Of a stretch of 64,000 bases of DNA, positions 1 through 9,500 are shown piece after piece. A program made the position numbers and the translations under genes. Source of the DNA: a virus. The stretch spans positions 5,172 to 69,171 of IMG/VR virus record IMGVR_UViG_3300036799_000109; one strand, given 5' to 3'. The notes under the pieces were generated by a model. That model saw only the letters and a program-made list of their open reading frames with translations. It was not told the DNA's origin and did no database searches. The number at the start of each line of letters is the position of its first letter. Positions within the stretch are counted from its first letter, which is position 1.

Positions 1-147
1 TCCAGCGCCGCTGCCGGTCTCGCCGTCGACGTCGCCATTCCCGCGCCCGTCACCGAGGCCGACCCGACGCTCCTCTTCGACGACTGCGGGTTCCCCAGCT
101 ACTTCCAGCTCGACGAGAACGACGCGGTAGTGCGCCTCGCGTCCTGA
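1..147 (+). CDS. 3' end of hypothetical protein (truncated by window)
   Basis: Open frame with GC3-rich codons (SSAAAGLAVD...DAVVRLAS*) ending TGA at 147, followed by a terminator hairpin. Confidence 0.6.
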   Translation, partial: SSAAAGLAVDVAIPAPVTEADPTLLFDDCGFPSYFQLDENDAVVRLAS

Positions 148-157
148 CCCGCCACGT

Positions 158-195
158 GAAGAGGGCCTGCCGGTTGCACCCGGCAGGCCCTCTTC
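158..195. terminator. Bidirectional hairpin terminator
   Basis: Perfect 16-bp inverted repeat GAAGAGGGCCTGCCGG/CCGGCAGGCCCTCTTC with 6-nt loop between convergent genes. Confidence 0.8.
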
Positions 196-206
196 CATGA
201 GCGCGT

Positions 207-764
207 TCACACGTAGCTCGGCAACGCGGCGACAGGTGTGTTGTCGTCGAGACTGACCTCCAGCGGCAGGGTCTCCGCAGGCATCAGCTTCAACAGTTCG
301 TTCTCCAGCCCCTGGTACTTGGCTTCCGCGGCATCGACCTTGGCGTTCGCCGCGCGACGCAGCTCAGGGATGCGCCACACCGAGTACAGCGTCGCCGCCG
401 TGAGCAGCACCGCGGACACGGGCAGCACCCAGCTGAACACCCTGATCAGGCACACCAGGATCAGGACGCCGGCCAGTGCACCCGCGATCCCCGCGATCTG
501 AGGCCACGGATCGGCCGCGTGAGCCCTCGCGTTGTCCGCGTCCCGCATCACTCTCAGCTGCCGCTCCAGCGCACTGTCCAGCGCGCCGACCGTCTCCAGG
601 TTGCTCAGGATGCGCATCCGCTCGGCGCTCAGGGTGTCGATCCGTCGCTGACTCAGCGCGTGGTCCGCGCTGTCGGGAGCGGCGGCGTCACGCCAGAGCT
701 TCTCCTCGCGTACCGCGACCCCGAGCCGCTGGATACGGATCTCGCAATCACTGCGGTAGTTCAT
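207..764 (-). CDS. Membrane protein (2 TM, coiled coil) downstream of traB
   Basis: 185 aa, two hydrophobic segments flanked by helical regions, AGGGG RBS. Confidence 0.75.
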   Translation of the reverse strand: MNYRSDCEIRIQRLGVAVREEKLWRDAAAPDSADHALSQRRIDTLSAERMRILSNLETVGALDSALERQLRVMRDADNARAHAADPWPQIAGIAGALAGVLILVCLIRVFSWVLPVSAVLLTAATLYSVWRIPELRRAANAKVDAAEAKYQGLENELLKLMPAETLPLEVSLDDNTPVAALPSYV

Positions 765-784
765 CGTGTCCCCTCACTGGGAGT

Positions 785-877
785 AACCAAACAAACAAAC
801 ACACACCCGCGGCATGTGTGGGGGGCGACCAGCACGGACCCACCCCTCCGGCTATGTGTTTGTTTGTTTGTTTGGTT
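785..877. repeat. Inverted (AAAC)n / (GTTT)n repeat
   Basis: AACCAAACAAACAAACA (785-801) is the exact reverse complement of TGTTTGTTTGTTTGGTT (861-877); AT-rich in a GC-rich genome. Confidence 0.85.
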
Positions 878-910
878 GTTATATCCATTCCCGTGACGCT
901 CCGTGACGGA

Positions 911-3016
911 TCAGAGGGCCACATAGAGCCCTCGCTCCGCGTTGTCGGCCTGGTCGTCGTTCTTCAACCGGGCCAGGCCGTTGCGGACAAGCTGCGTGGT
1001 CACGGTGGTGTCCCCGGCCGCGCGCAACCCGGCTTCGATCTCGTCCACGCTCAGCGGCCTGTCCGCGGCGGCGAGGATCGCGTGGATACGAAGGTGCCGA
1101 GGCTTGTGTCCTTCGAGCGTCGCCACCGCCGTGCCCACAGGGGCAGCCGTGGCGCCCTCGCCCGCGACGATCCGGCGAACGTCCTCCAGCGCGCTGGCGA
1201 CTGCCGCCTGCACAGTGCCGCCCGCAGCCGATCTCGGCGCGCTGGCCGTAGCCGCTCCCCCGGCAGGCTCGGCGACGAGGAACTCATCCTCAGCGGCCAG
1301 GTAGGAGTAGAACCGGTCGCTCATGTGCGTGTGCCGCTGCTTGTAGCGCGACACCGACGCCAGGATCGCCTGCTCCTCGGCGTCCAGCTCGTGATGGAAC
1401 ATGCGCCGCGCCCAGGACACGTCGCTGACCAGCGGCCCGTCGTCGTACAGCACGTCGCGCTGCGGGTCGTCCTCCTGGATGTACGGGGCCTTCAACCGCA
1501 CCACTGGCCGGCCGTCACCGGGCTTGCACTGGTACTCACCCTTGTGCGTGGGCTGAGTGGCGCGGAAGTCGTGCATCGTGCGCCCGATCTCGTGCCAGTC
1601 CTGCGACATGAACGCGCACACCTCGGCGGCGTTCGCGATGATGTCCCCGCCTGCGGAACCCCAGTTCGGGATCGTCGAGCGCTGGTTGATCAACTTGATG
1701 AAGATCCGGGCGGAACCAGCGCCACGCCTGAGCATCGCGACCAGCTGCGACGCGGTATGAGGGTTGTTCCTGTAGTAGCCCACCCGGTTGTCCTGCAGGG
1801 CGAACGCGGCCTCGTCGATGTACAGGACGATGGTCTTGCGCTTGCGCCGTTCCGCCAGCGGCCGGGACTGCCGCCACCGCGCGAGCGTCATCAGCCCCAC
1901 AAGCATGTCGAGCAGGTCGTCCATGCCGTTGACGATCCAGCCGAAGCGGTGGGGAACGTCCTTGTCCTTGTAGGGCTCCAGCCAGCCAGACATGGTCTCG
2001 TAGACCTTCTCGACCCCGGCGACGAACACCACTGCGTCCCGGCAGCGCAGCAGGTGAGCCCAGTGGTTGTTGATCAGTGACGTCTTCCCGGACAGCGTCT
2101 GGCCGGTGTACTGGCCCATCTGATCGAGCCGGTTGTAGTACTCCTGCAGATCCTCTCCGAAACCGATCAGTGCCGGGGTCTCGACCGACGTCCAGGTCAG
2201 GTCGTCGACGAACGGGAAGACCCGCGCCATCATGTCCTGGAACGTGGCGGTGATCTGGTAAAGGCCGGCGTCCTGGAGCTTGGTGATGGTCACCCAGTTC
2301 GTCGCGATCCGAATGCCCAGGACCTCGCGCAGCGCGATCGCGATGGCCTCCACCGACGCGGGCCCGGTCAGCGACGTCCCAGCCTTCTTGCCGGTGCCCT
2401 TACTCGTCGCGGTGTCATCGGTGAGCGCCTTCCAGCTCGGCACCTGCACCATGACCCGCACCCCGAACGCGGCCGAGCGCTCAATCAGCTGCTCCACCGA
2501 GACGACCGTCAGCCAGGAGTAGTTCGAGCGTTCCAGCGCGAGCTTGACCTTGCGCTCGGCGTTGGCGTCCCCTGGCTGCGGCTCCTTGTCAGCGGTCAGT
2601 TCGCCAGCGGCTGCGACGATGCCCCTGCGGGCCTCGGCGGGGCGAAGCTGCGTGAGCAGGTACTCGTTCCACCTCGCCCCGCCGTACACCGCGAAGCCCA
2701 GCAGGACCAGGGTCAAGGTCAGTCCAGGCCACAGATCCGGTCGCAGCTGTGCCGCGACCGCCCACAGCGAGTACGCGCCCGCCGCGACACCGATCCAGCG
2801 CGTGATCTGCCGCCGCGCGTCGTCCCTGAGCTGCGCGAACATCTGCCCGAAGCGCACGACCTTCGCTGCCGCGACGACGAACGCCGCCGCGGCCGCGACT
2901 GTCACGGGGATGCTGACCAGCAGGGAGACCTGCAGGGCGGCGCTCAGCACAGCGGTAGCCGCCGACAGGAGCGACCCCATCGCCGACCAGAACACCTTGT
3001 AGCTGATCGCCGTCAC
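911..3016 (-). CDS. traB: TraB-like FtsK/SpoIIIE conjugative DNA translocase
   Basis: N-terminal TM helices, Walker A GQTLSGKT, Walker B LYIDEA, INQR motif, C-terminal winged helix (RIHAIL...LSVDEI...VRNGLARL...RGLY); this is the architecture of actinomycete TraB. Confidence 0.8.
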   Translation of the reverse strand: MTAISYKVFWSAMGSLLSAATAVLSAALQVSLLVSIPVTVAAAAAFVVAAAKVVRFGQMFAQLRDDARRQITRWIGVAAGAYSLWAVAAQLRPDLWPGLTLTLVLLGFAVYGGARWNEYLLTQLRPAEARRGIVAAAGELTADKEPQPGDANAERKVKLALERSNYSWLTVVSVEQLIERSAAFGVRVMVQVPSWKALTDDTATSKGTGKKAGTSLTGPASVEAIAIALREVLGIRIATNWVTITKLQDAGLYQITATFQDMMARVFPFVDDLTWTSVETPALIGFGEDLQEYYNRLDQMGQYTGQTLSGKTSLINNHWAHLLRCRDAVVFVAGVEKVYETMSGWLEPYKDKDVPHRFGWIVNGMDDLLDMLVGLMTLARWRQSRPLAERRKRKTIVLYIDEAAFALQDNRVGYYRNNPHTASQLVAMLRRGAGSARIFIKLINQRSTIPNWGSAGGDIIANAAEVCAFMSQDWHEIGRTMHDFRATQPTHKGEYQCKPGDGRPVVRLKAPYIQEDDPQRDVLYDDGPLVSDVSWARRMFHHELDAEEQAILASVSRYKQRHTHMSDRFYSYLAAEDEFLVAEPAGGAATASAPRSAAGGTVQAAVASALEDVRRIVAGEGATAAPVGTAVATLEGHKPRHLRIHAILAAADRPLSVDEIEAGLRAAGDTTVTTQLVRNGLARLKNDDQADNAERGLYVAL

Positions 3017-3061
3017 CGCGTCGTGCCTCCTCTCTCAGGGTGGGTTGTCGGACCGCAAGGG

Positions 3062-4774
3062 TTAATTGGCGAGGACTTCGACCGCCTCGGCGTAGACCTG
3101 GGACTGCGCGTCGTAGCCGTCTCCGTCGTTGAGCACGCGCTCGGCTTCGGCGAGCATCCCCTCACCCGACTCGTGGTCACTCGGGTCGTCGGATTCCAGG
3201 AGCTGCTGTCCTTCGGCCTGCAGACCGGCTGCGATCTCGTAGCGCTCGGCTGCGTTGGCCGCGGCGATGTCTCGCGACGCGCTCAGCGTCGCGATCTTCG
3301 ACGCCTTGGTGGACTCCTGCGGCTGACCTGCATAGCCGCTCTGCACATCGACTGGTGTGGACACTGCGGTACGTCCCTTCGTGCTGAGGTTTCCTCGGGG
3401 GGTTGGTGCTGGTCGTTGGCGCGGCGGCGGGCTGGCGGGCCAGTCATCGCTGTACCGCGGCGACGCGGGCGCGGACGCGGTGGTCGCGCGGCCGGTCATG
3501 GTCGTCGGCCAGCCGTGGTCGTCGACCTCGACAGGACCCGGCGCGGCGTCGGCGTCCTTGCCCTTGCGGCGGGACCAGTCGGGTCGTTTCAGCCGGCGCT
3601 TCTTGCCAGTCGCCGTTGGCGTGGCGCTGGGGAAACCGGCGTCGTCGACGTCGAGATCCGGCAGCTTCTTCTTGTTGTTCTTCTTCCGCCACCACGCCGT
3701 CTTGTCGAGCTTCTCCGCGGTGCCGTTCGGGTCCTTGGTGTCATCGCCTGCGGAGTTGCCGCTGTCGGCGTCCTTGCCGTTCTTGGGCTTCTTCCGCTTC
3801 TTGTCACCGGAGGCGGCGGGGTCACGCTCGCCGCGCTCGGTCCACCAGTCCCACCACTCGCCGATCTGCTTGCGCTTCTTGCCGCGGTTCTTCTGCCGCT
3901 TCTTGGGGCCGCCGCCGTTCGACGACGAGTTGTTGCCGCTACCCGGCCTTCCACTCGAGGGCGAGCTGGAAGAGTTGCGGTTCGGCTTCGACGTCGGGCC
4001 GCCGTTGCCGCGGTTCTTGCGGTTATTGCGCCAGGTCGACCACGCAGACCTGACCCGGCCTGGCTGCTTGCCCCCGGCTGGTGACTTCGCGGTCGACGGC
4101 TTGGTCTGACCGGCTTGCTTGCCACCGGGATTGCGGCCCAGCGCCGCGCGTGCCCGACCTCCCAGTGTCTGCTTGCCGGCCGCCTGCGCGGCCGCGCGAC
4201 GCTGCTGTCGCGTGCTGCCGTCGCGGCCGCCGCGCCTGAACGCATTCCGGAGCCCGCCCTGAGCGCCAGGCGCCCTACCGCGTCCAGCACCACCGCCAGG
4301 ACCGCGACCACGCGGACCGGCGCCACGCCCAGTCCCGCGACCTGCCGAGCCCCGGTTGCGCCAGCGAGACCAGACGCTCTCGCGGGCCTGGCCGTCGCGG
4401 GGGCGCTTACCGACCTTGCCGCTGGTCCGCTTCTTGCCGGCCTCGCCCTTCTTGCCGGCCTTCTCCTCGGCGGCTTTGGCGTCGCGCTTGTTCAGGACGC
4501 GAGCGACGACTCCCATGACCGCGAACGCGAGGCCGCCGAGGAGGACGAGGACCGCCCACGCCGGTCCCGCGACCATCCACACCAGGAGGAACACGAGGAA
4601 TGCGAGCAGACCCAGAATGACCAGGGCGAACCGCACCACGGGCATGCCCGTGGACGGCAGCCCGGTGTCCTTGTCGTCCTTCTTGGCCTTGGACTCGTCA
4701 CCGGGGGCAGGCGGGTCTGGCGCACCGAACGGGTCTGGTGCGCTCTCCTTGGTCTCCTCGGTCTTGGTGCTCAT
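3062..4774 (-). CDS. Membrane protein with long Gly/Arg/Lys-rich disordered region and acidic C-terminal domain (transfer/spread accessory)
   Basis: 570 aa, 2 TM near the N-terminus, co-oriented immediately upstream of traB. Confidence 0.7.
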   Translation of the reverse strand: MSTKTEETKESAPDPFGAPDPPAPGDESKAKKDDKDTGLPSTGMPVVRFALVILGLLAFLVFLLVWMVAGPAWAVLVLLGGLAFAVMGVVARVLNKRDAKAAEEKAGKKGEAGKKRTSGKVGKRPRDGQARESVWSRWRNRGSAGRGTGRGAGPRGRGPGGGAGRGRAPGAQGGLRNAFRRGGRDGSTRQQRRAAAQAAGKQTLGGRARAALGRNPGGKQAGQTKPSTAKSPAGGKQPGRVRSAWSTWRNNRKNRGNGGPTSKPNRNSSSSPSSGRPGSGNNSSSNGGGPKKRQKNRGKKRKQIGEWWDWWTERGERDPAASGDKKRKKPKNGKDADSGNSAGDDTKDPNGTAEKLDKTAWWRKKNNKKKLPDLDVDDAGFPSATPTATGKKRRLKRPDWSRRKGKDADAAPGPVEVDDHGWPTTMTGRATTASAPASPRYSDDWPASPPPRQRPAPTPRGNLSTKGRTAVSTPVDVQSGYAGQPQESTKASKIATLSASRDIAAANAAERYEIAAGLQAEGQQLLESDDPSDHESGEGMLAEAERVLNDGDGYDAQSQVYAEAVEVLAN

Positions 4775-5001
4775 TTCTTCTCCGGTCCCACCCAGTTAGC
4801 GGTGGTGGCCCCGGCGTGGCCGACGATTCCCAGCCCTGCCTTCGCGGCGATGCCGACACTCGTCCCGGCCAGCAGGATGCCGAAGACGATCAGGCAGACA
4901 CCCCACGTCCACCTGACGTGACGGAACAGCGCCCAACCGGAGAAGACCGCGAGTATGAAAGTGAACAGCCCGAACACGCTGACCGTGACAGTCCCGGCCA
5001 T
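4771..5001 (-). CDS. Small 2-TM Spd-like protein
   Basis: 76 aa hydrophobic, GGAGG RBS, ATGA overlap with the next gene. Confidence 0.7.
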   Translation of the reverse strand: MAGTVTVSVFGLFTFILAVFSGWALFRHVRWTWGVCLIVFGILLAGTSVGIAAKAGLGIVGHAGATTANWVGPEKK

Positions 5002-5003
5002 GA

Positions 5004-5564
5004 CTACCTCCTTCCGTGGAGCTCGTGGTCGTTATGGATCCGCTCCAGTGCCAGGAGCAACTCGGTGCCGTCCCACGCGGGGCCAGCGGAATCGGTGACG
5101 AGGACGTCGCGCAGCTCGGCGAGGCGCACAGCCACAGGCACAGGCGGTTCGGGCTCGCCGAGGTCCCCGCGAGGACTCGGCGCCCAGCCCCTGTAGGCGA
5201 GGTGCAGCATCCCCAGCGCCCTGCCGACCGGGCCACGGTGGCAGTCCAGTGAGCGAGGCCCGCGCCATTCGTCGTCGCCCGCGGCGTACGCGACCTCATG
5301 GGCGAGCACACCGGACAGCCGGTAGCCCTCGGCACGGTGCGTGGCGGTGTAGGCCTGCGCTTCCAGGAGGCCGCCGATCGCGTGTAAGACAGCCGCCAGC
5401 TCGCCCCGCTGCGCGCCGTCGAACACCGCACGCCTGTAGTCGTCGAGCCTTCGCCCGGCGATCCCCGTGAGGCTGTGATGGTCGCTGCTGACCCGCATCA
5501 GACGGCGGTACTCGCGCCACCGGGTGAGCAGCGCTAAAGCGGGTGCGGTCGCGGTCACGTGCAT
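5004..5564 (-). CDS. Hypothetical protein of transfer operon
   Basis: Start re-called at MHVTATAP (AGGGG RBS); 186 aa with typical codon bias. Confidence 0.65.
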   Translation of the reverse strand: MHVTATAPALALLTRWREYRRLMRVSSDHHSLTGIAGRRLDDYRRAVFDGAQRGELAAVLHAIGGLLEAQAYTATHRAEGYRLSGVLAHEVAYAAGDDEWRGPRSLDCHRGPVGRALGMLHLAYRGWAPSPRGDLGEPEPPVPVAVRLAELRDVLVTDSAGPAWDGTELLLALERIHNDHELHGRR

Positions 5565-6036
5565 GGCCGGATTTCCCCTCGGATCAGGTGGGCCTCTCCC
5601 GGCTCGAACCAGGGAGAGGAAGTCGTGTTCTCCCCGCCCACAGGTGCGCGGCTTCCCGCACTGGACTGCCGTTGCTCCCGGCAGCGGCAGGTCGCCGCTG
5701 CCGGGAGTCCCGGCTCCCTGTGGTGGGGGGATGGAACCGGGAAAGCGCAGGCCCGACGCGGGGCTGTGCGCCTTCCCGGGATCGGGATGCCGCTGTCGTC
5801 TCCCCGCCGCTGCGGGGGAAGCGGGAGGGAGACGACAGCGGGAAGACGGCAGGGAACCTGACCGGGAATCAGACGGGAGATCTGGCGGGAACCTCCCCCG
5901 CAGAGAGGAGGGAGGTTCCCGCCAGTTGCGACACCGCGGGCGGGAGCCAGTGACCGGGAGAACCCGGCCGTTCTGGGGGGACACTCCCGCCTCGACCGGG
6001 CAGCGAATCCCGGCCGGCGCGTCGCTGTGGTGGTGG

Positions 6037-6303
6037 TCATGAGGAGCCCGCCGTCTCCCCGCTGGAGGGCTCGGCGGCGGGGTTCTTGATCTGACCGGCC
6101 CGGTAGCGCAGTGCGCCGATAGGCAGCCCGGTAATCCGGCTCAGCGTGTTCCACGAGGCGTTGTCTTTCGCTGCCGCGATCCGCCTCGGCAGGGAGGCGT
6201 CGATCGCAGTCATCACCGCGACCTGGAACGCGAGCGTGCCGAGATCCGAGGTGTTCAGATCGCCGACGACTCGCTCCGGGGCGAGGTAATCAGGCACCGA
6301 CAC
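6037..6303 (-). CDS. Small HTH-like protein
   Basis: C-terminal IAAAKDNASWNTLSRITGLPIGALRYR resembles an HTH; start uncertain. Confidence 0.55.
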   Translation of the reverse strand: MSVPDYLAPERVVGDLNTSDLGTLAFQVAVMTAIDASLPRRIAAAKDNASWNTLSRITGLPIGALRYRAGQIKNPAAEPSSGETAGSS

Positions 6304-6457
6304 AACAGGCCTCCGGGCTACGGAAGAGGTGACCGCCGCCCGGTCCGGGATCACGCAGGGAGGGCGCTGCGGCGAAGAGATGGGGGTCCTCTTCGCCGCG
6401 ATGGACCGGGCGGCGGTGGGTGCTGTTCTCAGCAACCCTGTCGCAGACGGTAGCCGC

Positions 6458-6473
6458 ACCTAGGCGCCTAGGT
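6458..6473. promoter_or_regulatory. Palindromic operator candidate ACCTAGGCGCCTAGGT
   Basis: Perfect 16-bp palindrome between divergent genes; CCTAGG recurs at 7606 and 7622 in the next divergent intergenic region. Confidence 0.6.
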
Positions 6474-6515
6474 CAACAGGGACACAGGCGCCTACCCGGC
6501 GGTACCCTGGGGTGC

Positions 6516-7322
6516 ATGCCACTGGATCTGACGCACTGTCGCGTAAACCACTCCCTCGCCACGCCTCCGCACCAGCAGATCGCCACCTTCCTGCGGGACG
6601 CGATCAACACAGGGGCACTGAGACCAGGGGAGGCGCTCCCCTCGGAGAGTGATCTCATTGAAGCGACCGGTGTAGGACGGGCCGCGGTGCGCCGCGGCAC
6701 CGACCTGCTGGTCCATGAGGAGTTGATCGTCAAGCGCTCCGGTGTGCCCGCGCGAGTCAAGGCGGAGACACCCGTCCGCGACATCAGCGAGGCCAGATAC
6801 CGCGACGAGCTGGCGATCCTGCGCGGCGGCGGGCGGCATCCACTCGCCAGCGCGTTCACCAGTGACTTCGGCGCGGACTGGCAGAGCTACGAGATCGTCC
6901 CCGACTATCAGGAAGACACCGCGACCGCCGAGGAAGCCCAGCACCTGGGAGTCCCCGAGGACAGCCTCGTGCTGCGCCGCTACATGATCAAGCAAATCAG
7001 CGGCCACCCGAAGCAGCTGCAGACCTCGGTGATGGCACTGGACCTGGTGCGAGGCTCAGCGGTCGCCGACCCGACGAATCAGCCCTGGCCTGGCGGCACG
7101 CTGGCAGAGCTGTGGAGCCTCGGCATCGAGGAGTTCGACAAGGTCATCGAGTGGGTGTCCACCCGGACCCCGATCGTCGACGAACGCGTCGACCTGGAGC
7201 TGCCCACAGGAAAGGTCATCGTCATCGACCGGATCTTCGTCGCAGGCGGCAAGCCGGTGGAGTACTCCAAGGTCGTGCTGCCGGCAGACGGCGCGCGCCT
7301 GCGGTTCACGACCGCGCTCTAG
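6516..7322 (+). CDS. GntR/HutC-family repressor with UTRA domain (TraR/KorSA-like)
   Basis: PPHQQIATFLRDAINTGALRPGEALPSESDL...GVGRAAVRRG wHTH plus UTRA (EDTATAEEAQHLG, GKPVEYS); divergent from the tra operon; TACCCT -10 just before the ATG suggests leaderless mRNA. Confidence 0.9.
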   Translation: MPLDLTHCRVNHSLATPPHQQIATFLRDAINTGALRPGEALPSESDLIEATGVGRAAVRRGTDLLVHEELIVKRSGVPARVKAETPVRDISEARYRDELAILRGGGRHPLASAFTSDFGADWQSYEIVPDYQEDTATAEEAQHLGVPEDSLVLRRYMIKQISGHPKQLQTSVMALDLVRGSAVADPTNQPWPGGTLAELWSLGIEEFDKVIEWVSTRTPIVDERVDLELPTGKVIVIDRIFVAGGKPVEYSKVVLPADGARLRFTTAL

Positions 7323-7582
7323 GCGGGAATCGCGACCGGCTCCGCCGCCGCCTCGGCGGCGTCCAGCTCCGCGCGAAGCGACACCAGTCTTGTGCGCGTG
7401 GTGTACGCGATGCCCGCGGCGTTGCCGGCGAGCGTGATCGCGGCGCTGACCGCCCCCTGAAGGGACTCGGTCAGCTGTTGAGCCTGCTCCAGGCGAGCGC
7501 GCAGATTCGCCGCCGCCTGCTCCAGCGCCTTCGCCTGGTCGAGCGCGAGGGCGATCTCTCCTGCTGTGCACGTCGTCGCCAT
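7319..7582 (-). CDS. Small coiled-coil hypothetical protein
   Basis: 87 aa, Ala/Leu/Gln heptads. Confidence 0.6.
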   Translation of the reverse strand: MATTCTAGEIALALDQAKALEQAAANLRARLEQAQQLTESLQGAVSAAITLAGNAAGIAYTTRTRLVSLRAELDAAEAAAEPVAIPA

Positions 7583-7749
7583 ACGATCGAGGGTAAGCCT
7601 GTCCCCCTAGGCTCACAACCACCTAGGGCCATATCGTCCTACGGGTGATCTCTATGGCGTGTCAGCCCCCACCTGCCGCCCCAAGAACAATGGCGGCGTT
7701 ACCGTGCCGGGTCGACCAACCCCAGGACCGCCCCCAGGAGCCATCCCTC

Positions 7750-8100
7750 ATGTCCGATCAACCCGACCAGCCACTGCGCAGGAACCTGCTGCCCCCCGAG
7801 AACGAGCCCGACGAGGACGCGCAGCAGATCCTCACCCACATGCGTGCCTACGCTGCGAACCGCGGCCTCACTCCACTGCAGCGGGCCCTCGGCTTCCGTC
7901 ACTTCGAGCACTACGCCGACACCCAGCTGACCGATTTCGTGTACTACGCCCGCCACCCCGAGCGGGTTATGGACACAGGTGACGAGACGGCCCCCGTCAT
8001 CTGGGACACCATCGCGGACACGCTGACCATGACCTATGGCGGCGTCCGCTCCCGCAACCGGCGCGCGATCGCGCGGATCGAAGGCGGTGGTCGCACATGA
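7750..8100 (+). CDS. Small HTH-like protein
   Basis: AGGAG RBS; VYYAR...IWDTIADTLTMTYGGVRSR HTH-like; ATGA overlap with the spd-like gene. Confidence 0.65.
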   Translation: MSDQPDQPLRRNLLPPENEPDEDAQQILTHMRAYAANRGLTPLQRALGFRHFEHYADTQLTDFVYYARHPERVMDTGDETAPVIWDTIADTLTMTYGGVRSRNRRAIARIEGGGRT

Positions 8101-9434
8101 GTCACCACGTGACCACCACCAGGCCGCCTGGCGTGCTCGGCCGGATGCGCCAGGCCGTCGCCAGCGACGCTCCCGCGAAGGACACCGACGAGCGCACTGA
8201 GCGCACGCCGGCAGACGTCCTCGCCGAGATCACCTGGTACGAGAAGATCCGCATGTTCGCGCGCTACGGCGGCATCATCATCGGGGTACTCGCGCTGATC
8301 TCGACCACCGTGAACGTGCAGGTGTTCGCCAGCGCCGGCCACCAGCCGTCCATGCGTACCGACCTCGCCAGCATGCAGGACACCCTGATGTGGCTGGTGT
8401 CCTGGCTGCTCGACCCGATGGCCTCCCTCGGGCTGGTCATCGCGATCGTCCTGGAGTCCGCGCTCGCCCGCAAAGGCCGCCACGAACCCTCCCTGATCGC
8501 CGCGGAGATATTCGCCGGGGGCATGACCTGGGTCATGAACGTGTGGCCCGCTGTGGCGCACCCCGGCCCCAACGGCGCTGTCGCAGGAGTCTTCACGCAC
8601 TCCCTCGCGCCAGGTCTGGTGCTGCTCCTGGGCATCGCAGGCCCGCGGGCACTCCGGGGATTCTCCGCGATCATCGACGAGTTGAAGGTCGAACTGGCGG
8701 CGCTGAACCAGGAGATCAAGGACGCCGCGCAGGCCCTGGTCGACCAGGACCTCGACGAACGCAAGGCTGCGCTCGCGCAGGAGGCCGCTGACCGCCAGGC
8801 CGACCGTGATGCCGAGACGGAACGACTGAACGCCAAGGCCAGAGCCGCCGAGTCCGAGATCAAGCTGGTGCAGGTGCGCAACGCTCCCGCGGTCGCCAAG
8901 CTCGCGATGAGCCTGCGACTCGGCGTGCTCCTCGACAACCTCGTCCACAGCGTCAGCCGCCAGGCCGCTGCCGCCGAGCAGCGCGCCGAGGCTGAGCGCA
9001 AGGCCGCGGCCGCGGCCTCGCGCCGCGCCACCCGCGAGCAGACCCAGCCCGCCAGCAGTGGCGGCGCGCACCGCCCGCAGCGCGACCTCGGCACCGTGCC
9101 CACCGAGTCCAAGTCGCAGCGCACTCGCGCGATCCTCCTCGGACTGGTCGCACACGACATGATCGCCGAGGGGGAAGAGTGGCCGAACAGCTCCCGCCTC
9201 GGCGGCATGCTGGTGGGGGAGAACGCTTCCCCCGATGACCTGCGGGCAGCGGGGGAATCCGCGAAGAAGGTCCTGGGAGAACTCCGCAGGCCTGGGCACA
9301 TTCCCCCCGATGGTCACAGAGGCCCGTGGATTCCCGCCGACCGGACTGCCTTCCAGTCGCTCTACCAGCCACTTCAGCTCCTCGCGGCCCGTGAGCTGCA
9401 GCAGCAGCCCAGGGGGAACCGCATCGCCAGCTGA
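8097..9434 (+). CDS. SpdB-like multi-TM plasmid spread protein
   Basis: 4 TM segments (LLDPMASLGLV, TWVMNVW, HSLAPGLV) followed by a long coiled coil, as in actinomycete Spd/DUF2637-like proteins. Confidence 0.7.
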   Translation: MSHHVTTTRPPGVLGRMRQAVASDAPAKDTDERTERTPADVLAEITWYEKIRMFARYGGIIIGVLALISTTVNVQVFASAGHQPSMRTDLASMQDTLMWLVSWLLDPMASLGLVIAIVLESALARKGRHEPSLIAAEIFAGGMTWVMNVWPAVAHPGPNGAVAGVFTHSLAPGLVLLLGIAGPRALRGFSAIIDELKVELAALNQEIKDAAQALVDQDLDERKAALAQEAADRQADRDAETERLNAKARAAESEIKLVQVRNAPAVAKLAMSLRLGVLLDNLVHSVSRQAAAAEQRAEAERKAAAAASRRATREQTQPASSGGAHRPQRDLGTVPTESKSQRTRAILLGLVAHDMIAEGEEWPNSSRLGGMLVGENASPDDLRAAGESAKKVLGELRRPGHIPPDGHRGPWIPADRTAFQSLYQPLQLLAARELQQQPRGNRIAS

Positions 9435-9453
9435 CGTCCCCCGGACACACAAA

Positions 9454-9500
9454 AACGGCCCCCCGCTTCCCCTCACGAGGAGGGAAACCGGGGGGCCGTT
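9454..9500. terminator. Hairpin terminator
   Basis: AACGGCCCCCCG ... CGGGGGGCCGTT stem after the spd-like gene. Confidence 0.7.

Noticed and set aside
911-3016. Type VII secretion EccC or chromosomal FtsK
   Set aside because: Single ATPase domain with a C-terminal wHTH, no WXG100 or other ecc genes, and a GntR/Spd context typical of TraB.
5555-6040. CDS across the GGGA-rich region
   Set aside because: An ATGA overlap exists, but the translation is Pro/Arg/Cys-rich without codon bias; left uncalled.
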